Source: Gekko japonicus
Taxonomy: Eukaryota
DNA length: 62,214 nt
Direction of reading: 5' to 3'
Assembly (NCBI RefSeq): GCF_001447785.1
Contig: NW_015176480.1
Span: 316,724-378,937, forward strand
The position numbers were made by a program, and so were the translations under genes. Shown here piece by piece: positions 24,363 to 37,360 of the stretch (its first letter is position 1; every line of letters starts with the position of its first letter). A model generated the notes under the pieces. It was not told where the DNA came from, searched no databases, and was given only the letters and a program-made list of their open reading frames with translations.

Positions 24363-25939
24363 CTAGCCTGATACCCGTGCTTTGCTAAGGTATTTAACTT
24401 CGGTTAATCCAGTTATAATACTGATGATGTAAAATTTGAAATGTGTTGTAGGAATTCTAATGAAGAAGATTGTCGTGTAAAAAATGAAGTGAGACATACA
24501 TTCTTTTTTCCTCTCTACTGAAGGACCTCTCTGTAGACTGCTGGGGCGGGTTCCCTCGTGGCTTTAAGCACCCTGCAACCACTGCTGCACCTGACAGAAA
24601 ACCGCCTGTTAGGTGTAGGAGGTGGGGGGGGGGTGTTGGAAGCCATCAGAGAGGCTGGGCCAGCAGCATCACTAAGGCGTCCCTGATGGATTAAAGTACC
24701 CTGGTCCTGCTCCTACACCTGACAGACACCCACCTGTCTGGTGTTGTGTAGGATTATGTTTAAAGGCATCAGAAGGGTTGGCCAGCAGGAGGGCTAAGGC
24801 AATCTTGCTGAGCAAACCTCCCTGGTGGCTGTAAGCATCTACCTGTCCAGTGTAGGAGGAGGAGGGGGAGGAGTATTAGAAGCCACTGTGGGGACAGGGC
24901 CGGCAGGATCACTATGGCATTACTACTGGGGTGGGCTTCCTCGTGGCTTTAAGCACCCTGCAACCGCTGCTGCACCTGACAGACGCCTGTTAGGTGTAGG
25001 AGATGGGGGGGAGTGTGTTGGAAGCCATCAGAGAGGCTGGGCCAGCATTACTGCTAAGGTGATCCTGCTGGGGTGGCGTCCCAGTTGGATTAAAGTACCC
25101 TACTCCTACACCTGACAGACACCTGCCTGTTTGGTGTTCGGGGGGGATCATGTTTAAAGGCATCAGGTAGGCTGGACCAGCAGCAGGACTAAGGCAATCC
25201 TGCTGAGCAAACCTCCCTGGCAGCTGTAAGCATCCCACCTCCTCTCTTACACAGTGTAGGAGGGGGAGGAGTATTAGAAGCTACTATGGAGGCAGGGCTG
25301 GTAGGATCACTAGGGCATGACTGCTGGGGTGGTAACTCCCTCGTGGCTTTAAGCACCCTGCGACTGCTGCTGCATCTGAGAGACAACTGCCTGTCCAGTG
25401 TAGGAGGGGGAGGGGAGGAGTATTAGAAGCTACTATGGAGGCAGGGCTGGTAGGGTCACTAGGGCATTACTACTGGGGTGGTAACTCCCTCATGGCTTTA
25501 AGCACCCTGCGACTGCTGCTGCACCTGACAGACAACTGCCTGTCAGGTGTAGGAGGGCGGAGCATGTTTGAAGCCATAGGAAGGCTGGGCCAGCAGCTTT
25601 GCTTCACCTCACAGGCAGTTGGCCACTCCTGATTTACTCAACTGTCATTAGCTCTCTGTAGTCCCCTGTAACTGGTTTTTTTTTAATCTCAGAACACTGA
25701 ACTCTGCAGCTGACCAATCAGAGAGTGGGGGGTGCAAGGAGGCAGCATAGGAATCAAAGGGGGGAGCACATTTTATCTATTTTGACCCACTTAGGGGTCA
25801 AATTTCTAAAAATCCCTTCTTAGTGAGCACCTATGCCACGGTGGGAGCGCTCTCCCCAAATTTGGTATCTCTAGGTCCAGCAATTTGGCCTGGGTGTTGA
25901 TTTTACGGTGAGGGGACTTTCTTTTATATATATAGAGGA
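24363..25939 (-). mobile_element. Helitron-like non-autonomous element with internal minisatellite array
   Basis: The minus strand runs A|TCCTCTATATATATAAAAG ... agcaaagcacgggtatcaggCTAG|T, giving 5'-TC, 3'-CTAG, an AT target and no TSD. The interior ~24530-25600 has at least four diverged copies of gtggctttaagcaccctgc..gctgctgcacctgacaga..gtgtaggagggggg..gaagc. Confidence 0.7.
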
Positions 25940-26642
25940 TGAGCTGCCAGACTCTGCCTCTGTACAGGTTCCATTCATTTTTTCCCCCTTTGAACGCACA
26001 TTCAGTGATTTTCACATTACTCTCCACACATGTACAGCTGAATATGTGATCTAAATGTCATATTTATCCAGATACTGTTCCCTGGTTTTATTTGTAAAGT
26101 GAACATGCAAACTGGGGGCCGTGGCTTCCCTTACTGAGTCAATCCATCTCATGTTGGGTCTCCCTCTTTTCCTACTGGCATCCACTTTTCCTAGCACTGT
26201 TGTCTTTTCCACTGACTCTTGTCTTCCCTTGCTGTGGCCAAAGTATGATAGCCTCAGTTGAGTTCAGGCCAAAGTTTAGGCTTGCAGTGATAACAGACAT
26301 AAATAAAATGAATAGCATATTTTTAACTGACCCAATTAAGGTTGGCGAAAGAGCATGCCAGCTTCCTCATGTAAAATCTTGTCCTGATCTAATCTTGATT
26401 ATTCATTCAAAAGGGTTTCTGTTTTCTTAAAATTCAGTTACTGCGTACTGGGCAATTATTTACATAAAATGCTATTATAGGTAGAAAAACTATTGAATTT
26501 TTCCCCCCGCAGTAACTTGGAGGAACTTAAACGTTTTTTGGAGGACCTCTGTTAAACCAGCAACTGGTTCATAATTATTCTGAATTTCATAAAGAAATCT
26601 GAAGTGGGGTACCCATATCAACATGAAACGACACTGACCCAG

Positions 26643-26810
26643 GTCCTGACCTGGATAACCCCAGACTAGCCTGATCTTCTCAGATCTCAGAAACTAAGCA
26701 GGCCCAACGTGGAGGCAGGCAATGGCAAACCAGCTCCCAATGTCTCTTGTCTTGAAAACCCTACAGAGTCACCATAAGTCAGCTGTGACTTGACAGCAAA
26801 AAAAAAAAAA
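26643..26810 (+). mobile_element. 5S rRNA-derived SINE with RTE-like tail (internally deleted)
   Basis: cctgacctggataaccccagactagcctgatcttctcagatctcagaaactaagcagg ... ccataagtcagctgtgacttgacagc followed by poly(A). Confidence 0.7.
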
Positions 26811-27900
26811 GAGTGGTGGTGTTAAAAAAATATCTGCCCCAGGTGCCAAAGAGGCTAGGTACACCACTGTTCTAACTTAGCCATGAAGCTCACTAGGTAA
26901 CTTTGTGTCAGTCACAGCCTCGCAACCTAATCTCCTTAGGTAGACAAAATAAATGGGGGGAAATCATGTAGGCTACCCTGAGTTCATTGGAGGAATAGAG
27001 GGGTAAAGAATGTTGTAGACAGAGAGAGACAGAGACTCAGTGACCAGAGGATTCATTGGGGATATATTCTGTATTGAAAAGCCAGACCCCAGTCACAGCT
27101 CTATGTACATATAATTGTATACAAATAGGTTCTGTTCTGAATCTTGAGTCAATGTGTGGAGGTCAGGAATGGAGACTGCCCCCTTTGTATATTGAAATAA
27201 TGTCTGAAAAGAAGTAATGTGGTTTGGAACACTAGCCTTCCCAGAAAAACTAGTGGAGTAGTGTTTGCATTTATGAAGGAAGAAACCTCCAGATTTTCTT
27301 TTTGAATGCTAGATGTTACAGCACAGATGGTAAATTTCTTCTAACCATGGGCAGTGAGGAACAGCGGTAGTTTTATCTGATCTATAAATGATCTGAGACT
27401 GCCTGATGCTGTCACACCACTGAAGCAAAGCTCATGTGGACTTAATGGGAGCCTGGCCAGAAACTGATTGGAAGCTTCACGTAGCCCTGTAAGCTTTCTA
27501 CGCAATGAATGTGATATATATGCTAAATGCATAAATAATGTGGCAAAATGAATGATATTTTCACTGCTGTGCTTCATATGGAAGTAAATTAGTAGTACCT
27601 GGAAAAGGTAGGTGTGAATTTACCACTTTCAAACACTTAAGGAAAACAAATTACAGCAAATCGGAATGAGAGCTATTCAAATTAAGACACACGCGTACGT
27701 TGCAGAGGCAATACACAACATTGTGTTGAAAAGCGGGTCTCAGTGCCACCATCCTTACACATGAACAACACAGGGAGAGCAGCAACTTAGCTGCAAACCT
27801 TCCAGCACAGAGACAATCCAATTAAATCTAATGAAAGGACTGTACCAGAGTGTCCAGTTTTAAGTAAGTTAGTAATTATTAGCTCAATTTATCTACGCAC

Positions 27901-27968
27901 CTCCACAGCGAGCTCTCCGTGATACTCCCCAGGTTGTAGTCGTATAGCTTTGTCAGAATTAAAATCAC
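27901..27968 (-). CDS. SORCS1: Internal coding exon (second coding exon) of sortilin-related VPS10 domain receptor 1
   Basis: The minus strand reads ttttcttcttgtgcctgcAG|GTG ATT TTA ATT CTG ACA AAG CTA TAC GAC TAC AAC CTG GGG AGT ATC ACG GAG AGC TCG CTG TGG AG|GTgcgt. This is VILILTKLYDYNLGSITESSLW(R), 68 nt, phase 0 to phase 2, with canonical AG/GT sites. It matches the SORCS1 VPS10 N-terminal segment as I recall it (SORCS3 has YDFNLGSVTES). The neighbouring exons (..HWSGHNSS and STDYGTTYEK..) were not found in the window. Confidence 0.93.
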
Positions 27969-28941
27969 CTGCAGGCACAAGAAGAAAATCACGGTTAGTC
28001 TCTAACAATTAGAATCTCATAGAACAGATATGACCCAAGGGAGGGCTTAGGCTGCTGCTAATGGGTGCTTAACATAATTAAATGAATTGCTCAGCCATTT
28101 GCTTAAACTGATATGGGAAGTGTCCGCAGAGACCATTCACAGAAATCAGGATTTTCCCTGCCAGTACAGGCTGTTCTATGTGGCATATTCTCCCAGGAGA
28201 AAAGAGGGGGGGGGGGAGAGCAGTTGCTTTACAAGGCAAAGCAAATGAAAAGGGCAAAAGTGCAGCACTGCTGGAAGAATCATAGGATTGTTTCTGGGCC
28301 TTTTCTCGGATTCCATATGGATGAGGCTTGCTTAAAAGGCTGAGGTGCCAGGTCCTTTATCACACATTGTGGCATCCCTAGAAACAACTACTTGATCATT
28401 ATCAGTAGACAGAAAGCACTGGATAGACAGCATAATTCCTCTGTATAGACATAAATATCTATCTCTATTGGTAAATCTACAAAGGTTATCAAGAGCAGAA
28501 GTGTGGAGGTGTCAGATATTTATTTTCAGATCTTTTAACCTGTTTTTCTCAGTTGAAAGGACTCATAGAGGAGTCAAACATCTCAGATCCAGTCTGGGAA
28601 TGGAGAAGAATAGTGAGATTTCTTGTGAAAGTACAAATGGCAAAACTGTAGAGGGGGTAGGGACACAGAGGATGCCCTCAGTGACAGTGTGACATTACTT
28701 CTGGGGGAAATCCAGACGTGACAGCACATCTCTCTAAGAATTACTAGAAATTCTATAGTAAAACCATAGATTTTCTAGTGATTCTTAGAGAGGACTGACA
28801 TCAGTTCCAATTTCCCCAGAAGTGACATTACAGGTGGCTCCTCCAAATTATTTTCTCCCACCAGCTGCAGGAGTGGTAGCAGGAAACAGGGCCTGGGGAC
28901 AGGTCATCTCCCATCCCCAGGGGGACTGGCAGCCATAGAAG

Positions 28942-29153
28942 TAGGCTTGCCAACTCTGGGTTGGGAAATTCTTGTGGAATTGGGTGTGGAGCCTTGGGGA
29001 GGGCAGTGTTTGGGGATGAGAGGGACCTCAGCAGGGTATAATGCCATTGAGCCCCCCCCCCCCAAAGCAGCCATTCTCTCCAAGGGAACTGATCTCTGAA
29101 GCTTGGAGAGCAGTTGAAATTCCAGGAGATCTCCAGGCCCCACCTAGAGGCTA
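28942..29153 (-). mobile_element. hAT-type MITE (AGGGTTGCCA family), reverse orientation
   Basis: Reverse complement of the 16565/31691 core; begins taggcttgccaactctgggttggg. Confidence 0.75.
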
Positions 29154-29915
29154 GGAAGTCCCCTCCTCAAACGCGGCCTTCCCTAGCCCTAATCATGATG
29201 GTCCTTTTCCCCTCTCATCAATGGTACAATGACAGCCCAACAGAGAACAGAACATAGCTTGTAACGAAGTCGGGGGATTTTCACCACACCAGTACAGAAC
29301 AAGAAAGATAGTGCAGCTGAAATTTATTTATTTATTTATTTATTTATTCAGCTTTTATCCCGCCCTTCCCCCGAAGCAGCTCAGGGCGGCTCACCGCATG
29401 AATAAAACCAACGTGCATAATGGAAATGATGGCAGGGCTTTAAATACTCACTTTGTTGGAGGCTTGCTAAACTGCTTTGTAGGTTAACAGGTTTAGCTGC
29501 TGACAGTGCCCTTAATTCCTGCTACAGGTGGATGTGAGACCTGCACACTGCTAGCTTGACTTCATTATTTGGTTCACTGGTCTCTTGTATCAGGAGAGCA
29601 ACTACCAGAAATGCTTTATGTGTGCATGCCCCTCCCTTCCCCATTTTCATAGTAGGGGATTATAGGCCTATTCAGGGAGCAGAGCGACAACGTAATTCTG
29701 TATCTTCAACAAACAGCCCTCCTGCTGCCACTGATAAGCTTTCCTGGGAAGGTGGTGATTGAAATTTAGCTTTTACCAAGCCTTAATTGGCACATGTCTT
29801 TGTGAGGCATATGTACTTGCTGAGGAAATGCCATCTGACAGGGTGGTAGGCAGCCTGACACCTAGCACGAGTTTGGGTTCTCTCTCAAGAACTGAATTTT
29901 TAAAAAAACAATGAG

Positions 29916-30365
29916 GGCCCCAGTCACACGGGAGGATTTGCCATGTGAGAGGGACGGATCGGGGGCGCATCAAGCGGATGCTATCACACCACAACATCTG
30001 GGAAGCGGCACACAGCAGTCCCCGATCCGTCCCTTCCGGGCAAAACTGCGCAACAACAACAAAAAACCCCTAGAAAACACTACTACCTACCTGAAAATCC
30101 GCTGCAGGGACGGCCGTCTGATCGCCGGCACGCCCATCTCTCCCGCAGCATGTGAGGTCCTGCCAAACTGCGCATGCACACGTATGCATAGTGGGCTGGC
30201 CTCGCTCTCCAGTCCGTGGCTTCCTCCCAGCATCTGATCGTGCCGGGGAGGACCTGCACGGCGGCTGGGGGGATCTGTCTGATCCCGCCGCCGCGCATCT
30301 CTTTTGGTGCAGCTCAAAAAAGCCGCACTTTGGCCACACCTATTTCCCCCAGTGTGACCGGGGCC
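29916..30365. mobile_element. PIF/Harbinger-type MITE
   Basis: TIRs ggccccagtcacac / gtgtgaccggggcc with a CpG-rich interior. Confidence 0.65.
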
Positions 30366-31690
30366 GACAATTATTAATTTATCTGACCTGAGTTTGGAAA
30401 AAGAGAAACAAAACAAACAGGAGTTTTCCACTGCCATTAATAGTTAATATCTGTGAGACGCTACCACATTGTTTGTCCTTGTGGTTTGGTCCATGTTTGA
30501 CCCATCTGTTTTCAGCTGCCATTTTGCCAATAAGCCCATAGCAACACGTATTTGAATGTTGCTATTGGTAACCTGCAATTTACTTGTTCTCTTACTATTC
30601 TTAAGACAAAACCAACCACATCAGGCATCTTTTGGCAGGACTAGATACTTGGGGTTTTTATTTTATCTGTAATGTTTTAATTATTTTCTGTAAACCTCCT
30701 TTGGCCAAGAAGAAAGGGCGGGGGATGAATATTTTAATTAATAACTAAACATCTCTCTTTTTTATTGGAAGAAGTCTGTTTCACACCTTATAACAATAGT
30801 TTAAAAGAATATGGGATATTCTTGTCTGGATTATTATTGTCAAAAATCCACAATCTTGTCAAAATAATTATTTCCAAACTCAACTTTGTAAGTGTTCAAA
30901 GGAAAATAATGTGCCCTTTTAGAACTTGTCTTTTTTCTGCTTTAACACGTTAACAACATTGGTTTCAATTCACAAAACTGAGTGGTGTTTGAAGGGTAAA
31001 ATGTCCAGTTCCCTTTCCTCATAATCACTGTAGATAACTATTAGGTAACCCTTTACCTTCCTCTGTAAAGCACTACTTTTATTTCAGGATGCTCCCTTTA
31101 GTTTGTTTATTATTATTGTGCTGTAACCTCTCTTTTCCAATTACTTTTTCTCAAACACAAAGAACATATTTTTGACACCAAGACAAACATACAAAGGAGG
31201 TAGCAAATTGCATGTTTGTGTTGAGAGATTCCAGCTTTGTGTGCATTGTTTTAAAAATCTATGCAAGCCTATTTTCTTTAACATTTATTCCATTCTCTAT
31301 TTTTGTTTTCTATTCTTTGTCGTTTAGCCTGTAAAAGGTTACTTTACATTTAATATTCTATCCCCCCCCCCCATTGTCACTAGCTGGATCTGAAGGCCCT
31401 AACGAACAAAGACATGCATTTTATGCTGTTCTAAATGTCACCACATGGGCTGTGAAGGAATGCTGTAATGCTCTTTGTTTTCATTTCGCTTGCCTCTTCC
31501 CAACCAGAGTCATTTAACCAATCAATAAAAACTAACAAAAGGATGATGAAAATATTAGGAGAGAGAGCAATAAAGGATGTTAAAATCAGATTTCACATAG
31601 CAGATTTTCTTCCATACATTACAGACAATTCAAATATTTTCCAGGACTTTTCCAGAACTGCCAAACTGGCTACTTCAGCATGGCTTACAC

Positions 31691-31906
31691 CTAGGCTTGC
31701 CAACATCCAGGTGGTGCCTGCAGATCTCCCAAATCACAACTGGTCTCCAGACTACAGAGATCAGTTCCCTTGGAGAAAACAGTGGCTTTGGAGGGTGGAT
31801 GCTATGACATTATACCCAGTCGAGGTCTTTCCCATACCCAAACCCTGCCCCCCAGGATCCACTCCCCAAATCACCAGGAATTTACTAACCCAGAGGTGGC
31901 AGCCTT
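31691..31906 (+). mobile_element. hAT-type MITE (AGGGTTGCCA family)
   Basis: taggcttgccaacatccagg ... cagaggtggcagcctta. Confidence 0.75.
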
Positions 31907-32478
31907 ACTTTAAAAGGAGCATTCCTTCCTGCTTTTAATTTTCTTTTTTCTTTTTCTTTTACTAAAAGCGGCTGGAACTGCCCCAAGCAGCCTGGCCAGC
32001 CTCTGCCACTGATGTGGAGCGTGCCACAGCTGTCAGCATCCCCAGTGCGTTCCCTGAGAAAATGCCAACGCCACTGCCGCCAATAAGCCGCCACCAAGAG
32101 CCTCTTCAGGGTGTCATCCCCGTCACTGCGCTCGTCCCGACGCCGGTGAGATCCACCTCCCAGGCCCCAAGCCTACAAAGGCTCCCTAACTGCCTTGTGC
32201 TCCTTCCTCTCCAAGCACTAGGCGAGCAACTGCCAGGGGTAGAGCGGAGCCAGCCTTTTAGAACTGCGCTGGCTCTGCTCCCCCTTTAGGTGCTGAGGCT
32301 GCACCACAGCCCTTCCTCCATTCCTCCTCACGAGGAGGCAAAGGCGGCCCCCAGGAGGCATGCCGTTGGCTGCCTCCTGTGGGGCCGGAATCCCCACAGC
32401 TTGAAGGATGTTTTTGTGTTCACAAGACAAGTAGTCTACAACATGCAACACATTAAAAACATACCACAAGGTTGACAA

Positions 32479-33221
32479 TAGGGATCGACATGAACTGAGA
32501 AAATGGTGGTTCATGATTTGTGTGATTACACAAACTTTCATGAATATTTCTGTTTCCCGAACCAGTTTATGGTTTGTTCCGTTTGTGAGTTCAAAAGGTG
32601 GTAGAAGAGCCTCCTCATGATTTAGGGATGCCAAACTTACAGGAAATCTTCAGCAGGCTCTCCTCCACCTGCCTTCAAAGATTGGATTTGGGATGTCTGA
32701 AGTATAGCTCCCCCAAAGCAGGTGCCCCCAAGAAAGCTTAGGTCTAGCCTACCCTTAAATCAGCCACTCAGCAAGCAATTTTTCCTAACTTGCTATCACC
32801 GAACTAACTCCTCTCTCTTCCCAATGCAAAGTGAAAGCAGCTGAGTCAGGGTGTGGTTTGTGTATGTGTGTGTGTATATATGTGTGTGTACACACACACA
32901 CAATCTGCTCCCATAGAGCAGAATGGGAGCTCCATGGTTGGCTCCCAGAGCTGCCTATCAAGTTATGGACAACTGCTATGGGTGTTTCTAGAGCTCGTCA
33001 CATGTCTACCCCTAGCATTACCTAGGAATTGATTGAATTGGCACCAGGCTGTCTGGAGAACAAACCGCTCTAATTAAACAAATGAACCTCCATGGAAAAA
33101 CAGGTGGTTCGTTGTTGGATTTGGGAATGATGCAGCCAAATGAACCGGTTTGAAATGAACCAAGAACCAGACTGGTTCATGCTCAAACCGTGGTTCGTTT
33201 CTTGGTTCGTGCATATTCCTA
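32479..33221. mobile_element. Decayed hAT-Ac-like non-autonomous element
   Basis: Degenerate ends tagggatcgacatgaac / gttcgtgcatattccta with subterminal gaacc/ggttc repeats. Related to 54137-54742. Confidence 0.5.
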
Positions 33222-33571
33222 CTCTCTGCTATTTGAATGTAATACTTCATACAGCTAATGAAGTGGAGTCTGGTTCATAAAATTTAAGCCAAAATACACC
33301 TGTTTTTAACATGCCATGGGACTCTTTTGTTATTTATGCAGCCAACAGAAATTGTTGACATTTGGTGATTTCTTCTCCAGTGGTGGACTTAGTTGTATTC
33401 TCCATTCAGCTAATCTGAAATAAATAACTGTTTAAACTTTAATTCTAAGTGATAAGGGCACACCACACAAAGTATAGAATAGACTTTCTTTATTTAGGAT
33501 ACTTTTAACCCACTTTTCTCCATACAATATGGATCCAAAATGGCTTAAAAGTTACAAAATGGCTTCAAATG

Positions 33572-34600
33572 GCTCTATGGGATCCGAAGCCCCCGGCGGC
33601 TCGTTGGATGAGCTTGTGGAGGACTGGCATAGCCGACTCTCTACAGCCATCAACAAGATCGCTCCCCAGCACCCTCTGCACTCCCGCTCTAGACTGGCTC
33701 CCTGGTACACCCAGGAGCTGCAGCTTATGAAGTGAGAGCTGAGACGGCTAGAGAGATGGTAGTGCCATGCTTGTGACGAGGCAACAAGAACATCTTATAG
33801 GACATTTATGAGATCCTATGAGATGGCAGTCAAGGCCGCTAAGAGAGAGTTCTATGTGGCTTCGATTGCGTCTGCTCGCTCACGCCCAGCCCAATTGTTT
33901 AGAACAATTCAGTTGTTAACAGCTCTGCCATAGGGCAGACAAAATGTTAGGGAATTGGATATTGCCTGTGAGGCATTTGCGAGCTATTTTGCGGATAAAG
34001 TCTTGGAGCTCCGCCATGACCTCCCCACCACAGTTGATACAGTGAGTGAACTTGAGGCCCCGGGCTTGCACATCTTCGACACCGGGTTTGGACAGCGTCA
34101 GCCCGCTCAGCCTGGAGGAAGTCAACAGTTTGCTCGAGTCTGTATGCCCAACCACATGCAGCCTTGATCCGTGCCCTTCCTGGCTCATTAAAGCAGGCCA
34201 CGATGGGTTTCGAGGTGCCCTAAGGGAGATTGTCAACAAGTCCCTCTCTGAGGGGCAGTTCTCAGGGGCACTCAAGGAAGTGATGGTCCATCCCCTCTTG
34301 AAAAGACCAACTCTGGATCCGGCCGAATTGGCCAACTATTAGCCAGTTTCCAATTTGCCCTATTTGGGCAAATTAATTGAGAGGGCGGTGGCGATACAGT
34401 TGCAGGGCTTCCTGGATGACGCTTCCATCCTAGACCCTTTCCAGTCCGGCTTTCACTCGGGACACGGGGAGGAGACAGCACTGGTCACCCTTATGGATGA
34501 CCTCCAGAGGCATCTGGATTGGGGCGGTTCGGCGGCACTGTTGTTGTTAGACCTGTTGGCAGCGTTCAACACGGTCGACCACCAACTGCTGACCCACTCA
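33572..34600 (+). mobile_element. L2-clade LINE ORF2 fragment (pre-RT and RT N-terminus), disrupted
   Basis: Translated motifs APWYTQEL, TTCSLDPCPSWLIK, LDPAELANY*PVSNLP, DPFQSGF..GEETALV and LLLDLLAAFNTVDH, with stops and frameshifts. Confidence 0.9.
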
Positions 34601-35306
34601 CTTCATCCCAAAGTCTCAGTAAAGGTCACAAAAAATAAAACAACAGAATATAAACCAACAGAAGCATTTAAAACTAGAACCTCAGCCCCTTGGAGGCATA
34701 ATTGGAGATAAGAAGGTCTTGTATATCTCATATAATATGTATAAGCTACTTAGGGTCTTGTAACTCAAAATCAATATCATGACTTCTACCTAACAGGATA
34801 CTGAAAGGAACAGAGCAGATGTTGGTACAATAGTGCAAGGTGCTCGTAATGAACCAGTCCATTAAGAGGAGTTCTGTAAAGCTCTACACATGACATTTCC
34901 TATCAGATCTTTGCATTAGACTTAGCAGAAATATTCTGCTAAGTGGGATTCACTCTGGGGGAAAAAAATATTTGCATACTTCTCACCAGTTCAAAGAGAG
35001 CCACCATAGGAACTTCTTGATCCAAGTACAGGAACTGATCTATGACTGTCATAGCTGCGTGCACATCCACGATCAACTTGATATTTGACTAGTTGCCAAG
35101 GTATCAAGAAAAAAATGGTTGTTTGCACAAGCCTCCAGAGTCAGCTCAATTAATTTTTTCCCACTGGAGGCACAGAAGAATGCAAATTTCTGCCTTTGGA
35201 AGGTAACTGTTTACCCACAACTCTGTCATTTTTAGTTCCTAATTCCACATCAAATCAAACAGATGTCGCACTGCACAAGTGTGTCTGTGTATATATGTGT
35301 ATGGGG

Positions 35307-35495
35307 TGGGGCTGTGGCTTAGTGGTAGAGCCTCTGCTTGGTATGCAGAAGGTCCCATGTTCAATCCCTGGTATCTCCAGTTAAAAGACTTGGAAGACCT
35401 CTGCCTGAGACCCTGGAGAGCTGCTGCCAGTCTGGTTAGACAAATACTGACTTTGATGGACCAAGGGTCTGATTCAATATAAGGCAGTTTCATGT
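35307..35495 (+). mobile_element. tRNA-derived SINE (second family)
   Basis: ggggctgtggcttagtggtagagcctctgcttggtatgcagaaggtcccatgttcaatccctgg. Confidence 0.7.
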
Positions 35496-37079
35496 GTCTG
35501 TGTGCACTGAAGATCTTATATGTTGAAACACTTCAGAATAATAGATCTGGAATCAGTTTCATATATTAATAGATCCAGGACTGCCAAAATAGTCTAGCTT
35601 CCCAGTCTGGGAATACATTATGGTTATTGGGGTACCAGTCATCTTCTATAAGCCACACATGCACAAACACTCCACAACCACTGTGTTTACCACAATTCAT
35701 TGGACTGGACTGCACATCTGTCACATTCTTAATTAGTCTTATTTTAGAACATCTCTAATAAAAGAAATTCAACAATCACATTATGATGACATGGGGAAAA
35801 AATCCTGTTCCTAGGAGTTCCTAGAAGGCTTATATGCAAGTGTGCAGGGAATAACAACACTTTCAGGAACCTGGATAGCTTATCAAGCCATTAACATGTT
35901 ACTGTATTGAATGAAATACTTAATAGCTTGGCTTAGCTTCCCTGACGCTAATGCTCTTTTCCCCTCGGAGCTATACTGACTGTTTTTACAAACTTGACGT
36001 TTATCTAGAAAGATTAGTCTCAATCACCCAATTCATTTTCTCCATGGTTCTGTTGAGAAAGATGCCAGGCAACAATTGGGTGAAGTGTGGTGGGAATCAC
36101 TTCTAGCAAGAAATACAGACGGCCCACAAACATATTCGTGATCTGAGTTCTTGCAAAGTGGGTTGAGTTCTAAATAACTAGGCAAAGAGCACCCAAAAAA
36201 CTTCTCAGCCAAGTATGTATTTGAAGTGGACCAGCCTGTTGCTAATCCAGCATGCTAACCAACAATTTACTTGTCCATGTTCTTGAAATGTTCCAAAATT
36301 AGTCAATAGTTTTGTCCCCGGATGGTCACACCTTGTGGTGTAAAACCAAAAGCCAGTACTGAGGGAAATGCTTGCTCCAAAATACATTCAGTTAGAGACT
36401 GTATTTCAGCGCACAGAGATAGGTGTTTACTCATTTTGTTTTCTTTTCTAAATAGATTCTAGGAGGAACGTGCTGATTACACAAACTATTTCAAATATCC
36501 TAATGCCAAATAAAATAATCACTGCACACTCACAATCAACCTTTCTGTCTGCAGAAATAACAGAATCTCTTCATGCAAAAAATATTGTCACTGGATTCTT
36601 CTCCCCTATCTACAAATTCTTCCCACACCCCTGGACCCTTACAATAAGATGATGATGAAAAGTAAACATTTGTCACTGCCTCCGAGGATAATGCATTCTT
36701 CCAAGAGAAGCAAATAAAAATTATTCCACTAAAAAGGAGCAAAGACACACCAAACCAATGGACTAGATATGTGAAGGGCTGCTATAGACTGCCGTGCACT
36801 CTGGAACTGGCACTGTACTATACTCTGCAGTTGACGTTTGGCCCACTTGTCATAAGGCTTGGCCACCACAACTTTAAGGTTTAAAGGCTGTTAAAAGGCC
36901 TTTATGACAGGAGACTGTTTAAAGGCCTTTATTAGGGAAAAAATTCCTTTCTTTGGGCCAGAGGATCTAAATAATTATTCACCAATTTTAAATCCTGAGC
37001 AAAATACATGAAAAGTTAGCAGCGCCTCAATAACTATTTGTTTCTGGGTGACACTGATTGACCCTTTTAAATCTGTCTT

Positions 37080-37360
37080 TCAAATTTGTCTTTCAACTCA
37101 GATATGGAATAGAAAAATGCCTTGATCACCTTGACTCATGACCTATGCCAGTCAGTTGATGTGTGAGTTCATCTCTACTGGTTCTTCTGACCCTCCCAGC
37201 AATATTTGATACGATCAACCATAGTACCCTCTGGGTGACCTAGCTGAGGTAGCTATGAGAGGCACTGTTTTACAGAGGCTCCAATCCTTCCTGAAGAGGA
37301 GGTCCCAGAAAGGAAGTTTGGGAAAGCTACTTTTCTACTTGTTGGACTTTGGCATGTCCC
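37080..37360 (+). mobile_element. Highly decayed L2 RT fragment
   Basis: Remnants of FQ..ETAL..LLVLLD..FDTINH..GTVLQ.LQSFL in the nucleotide sequence. Confidence 0.5.

Noticed and set aside
24530-25600. Repeat-spacer-like array resembling CRISPR
   Set aside because: Eukaryotic context, no cas genes, and the units are diverged tandem duplicates rather than constant repeats with unique spacers.
35307-35380. tRNA gene
   Set aside because: The A/B boxes continue into a SINE body found twice in the window, and the cloverleaf is degenerate.
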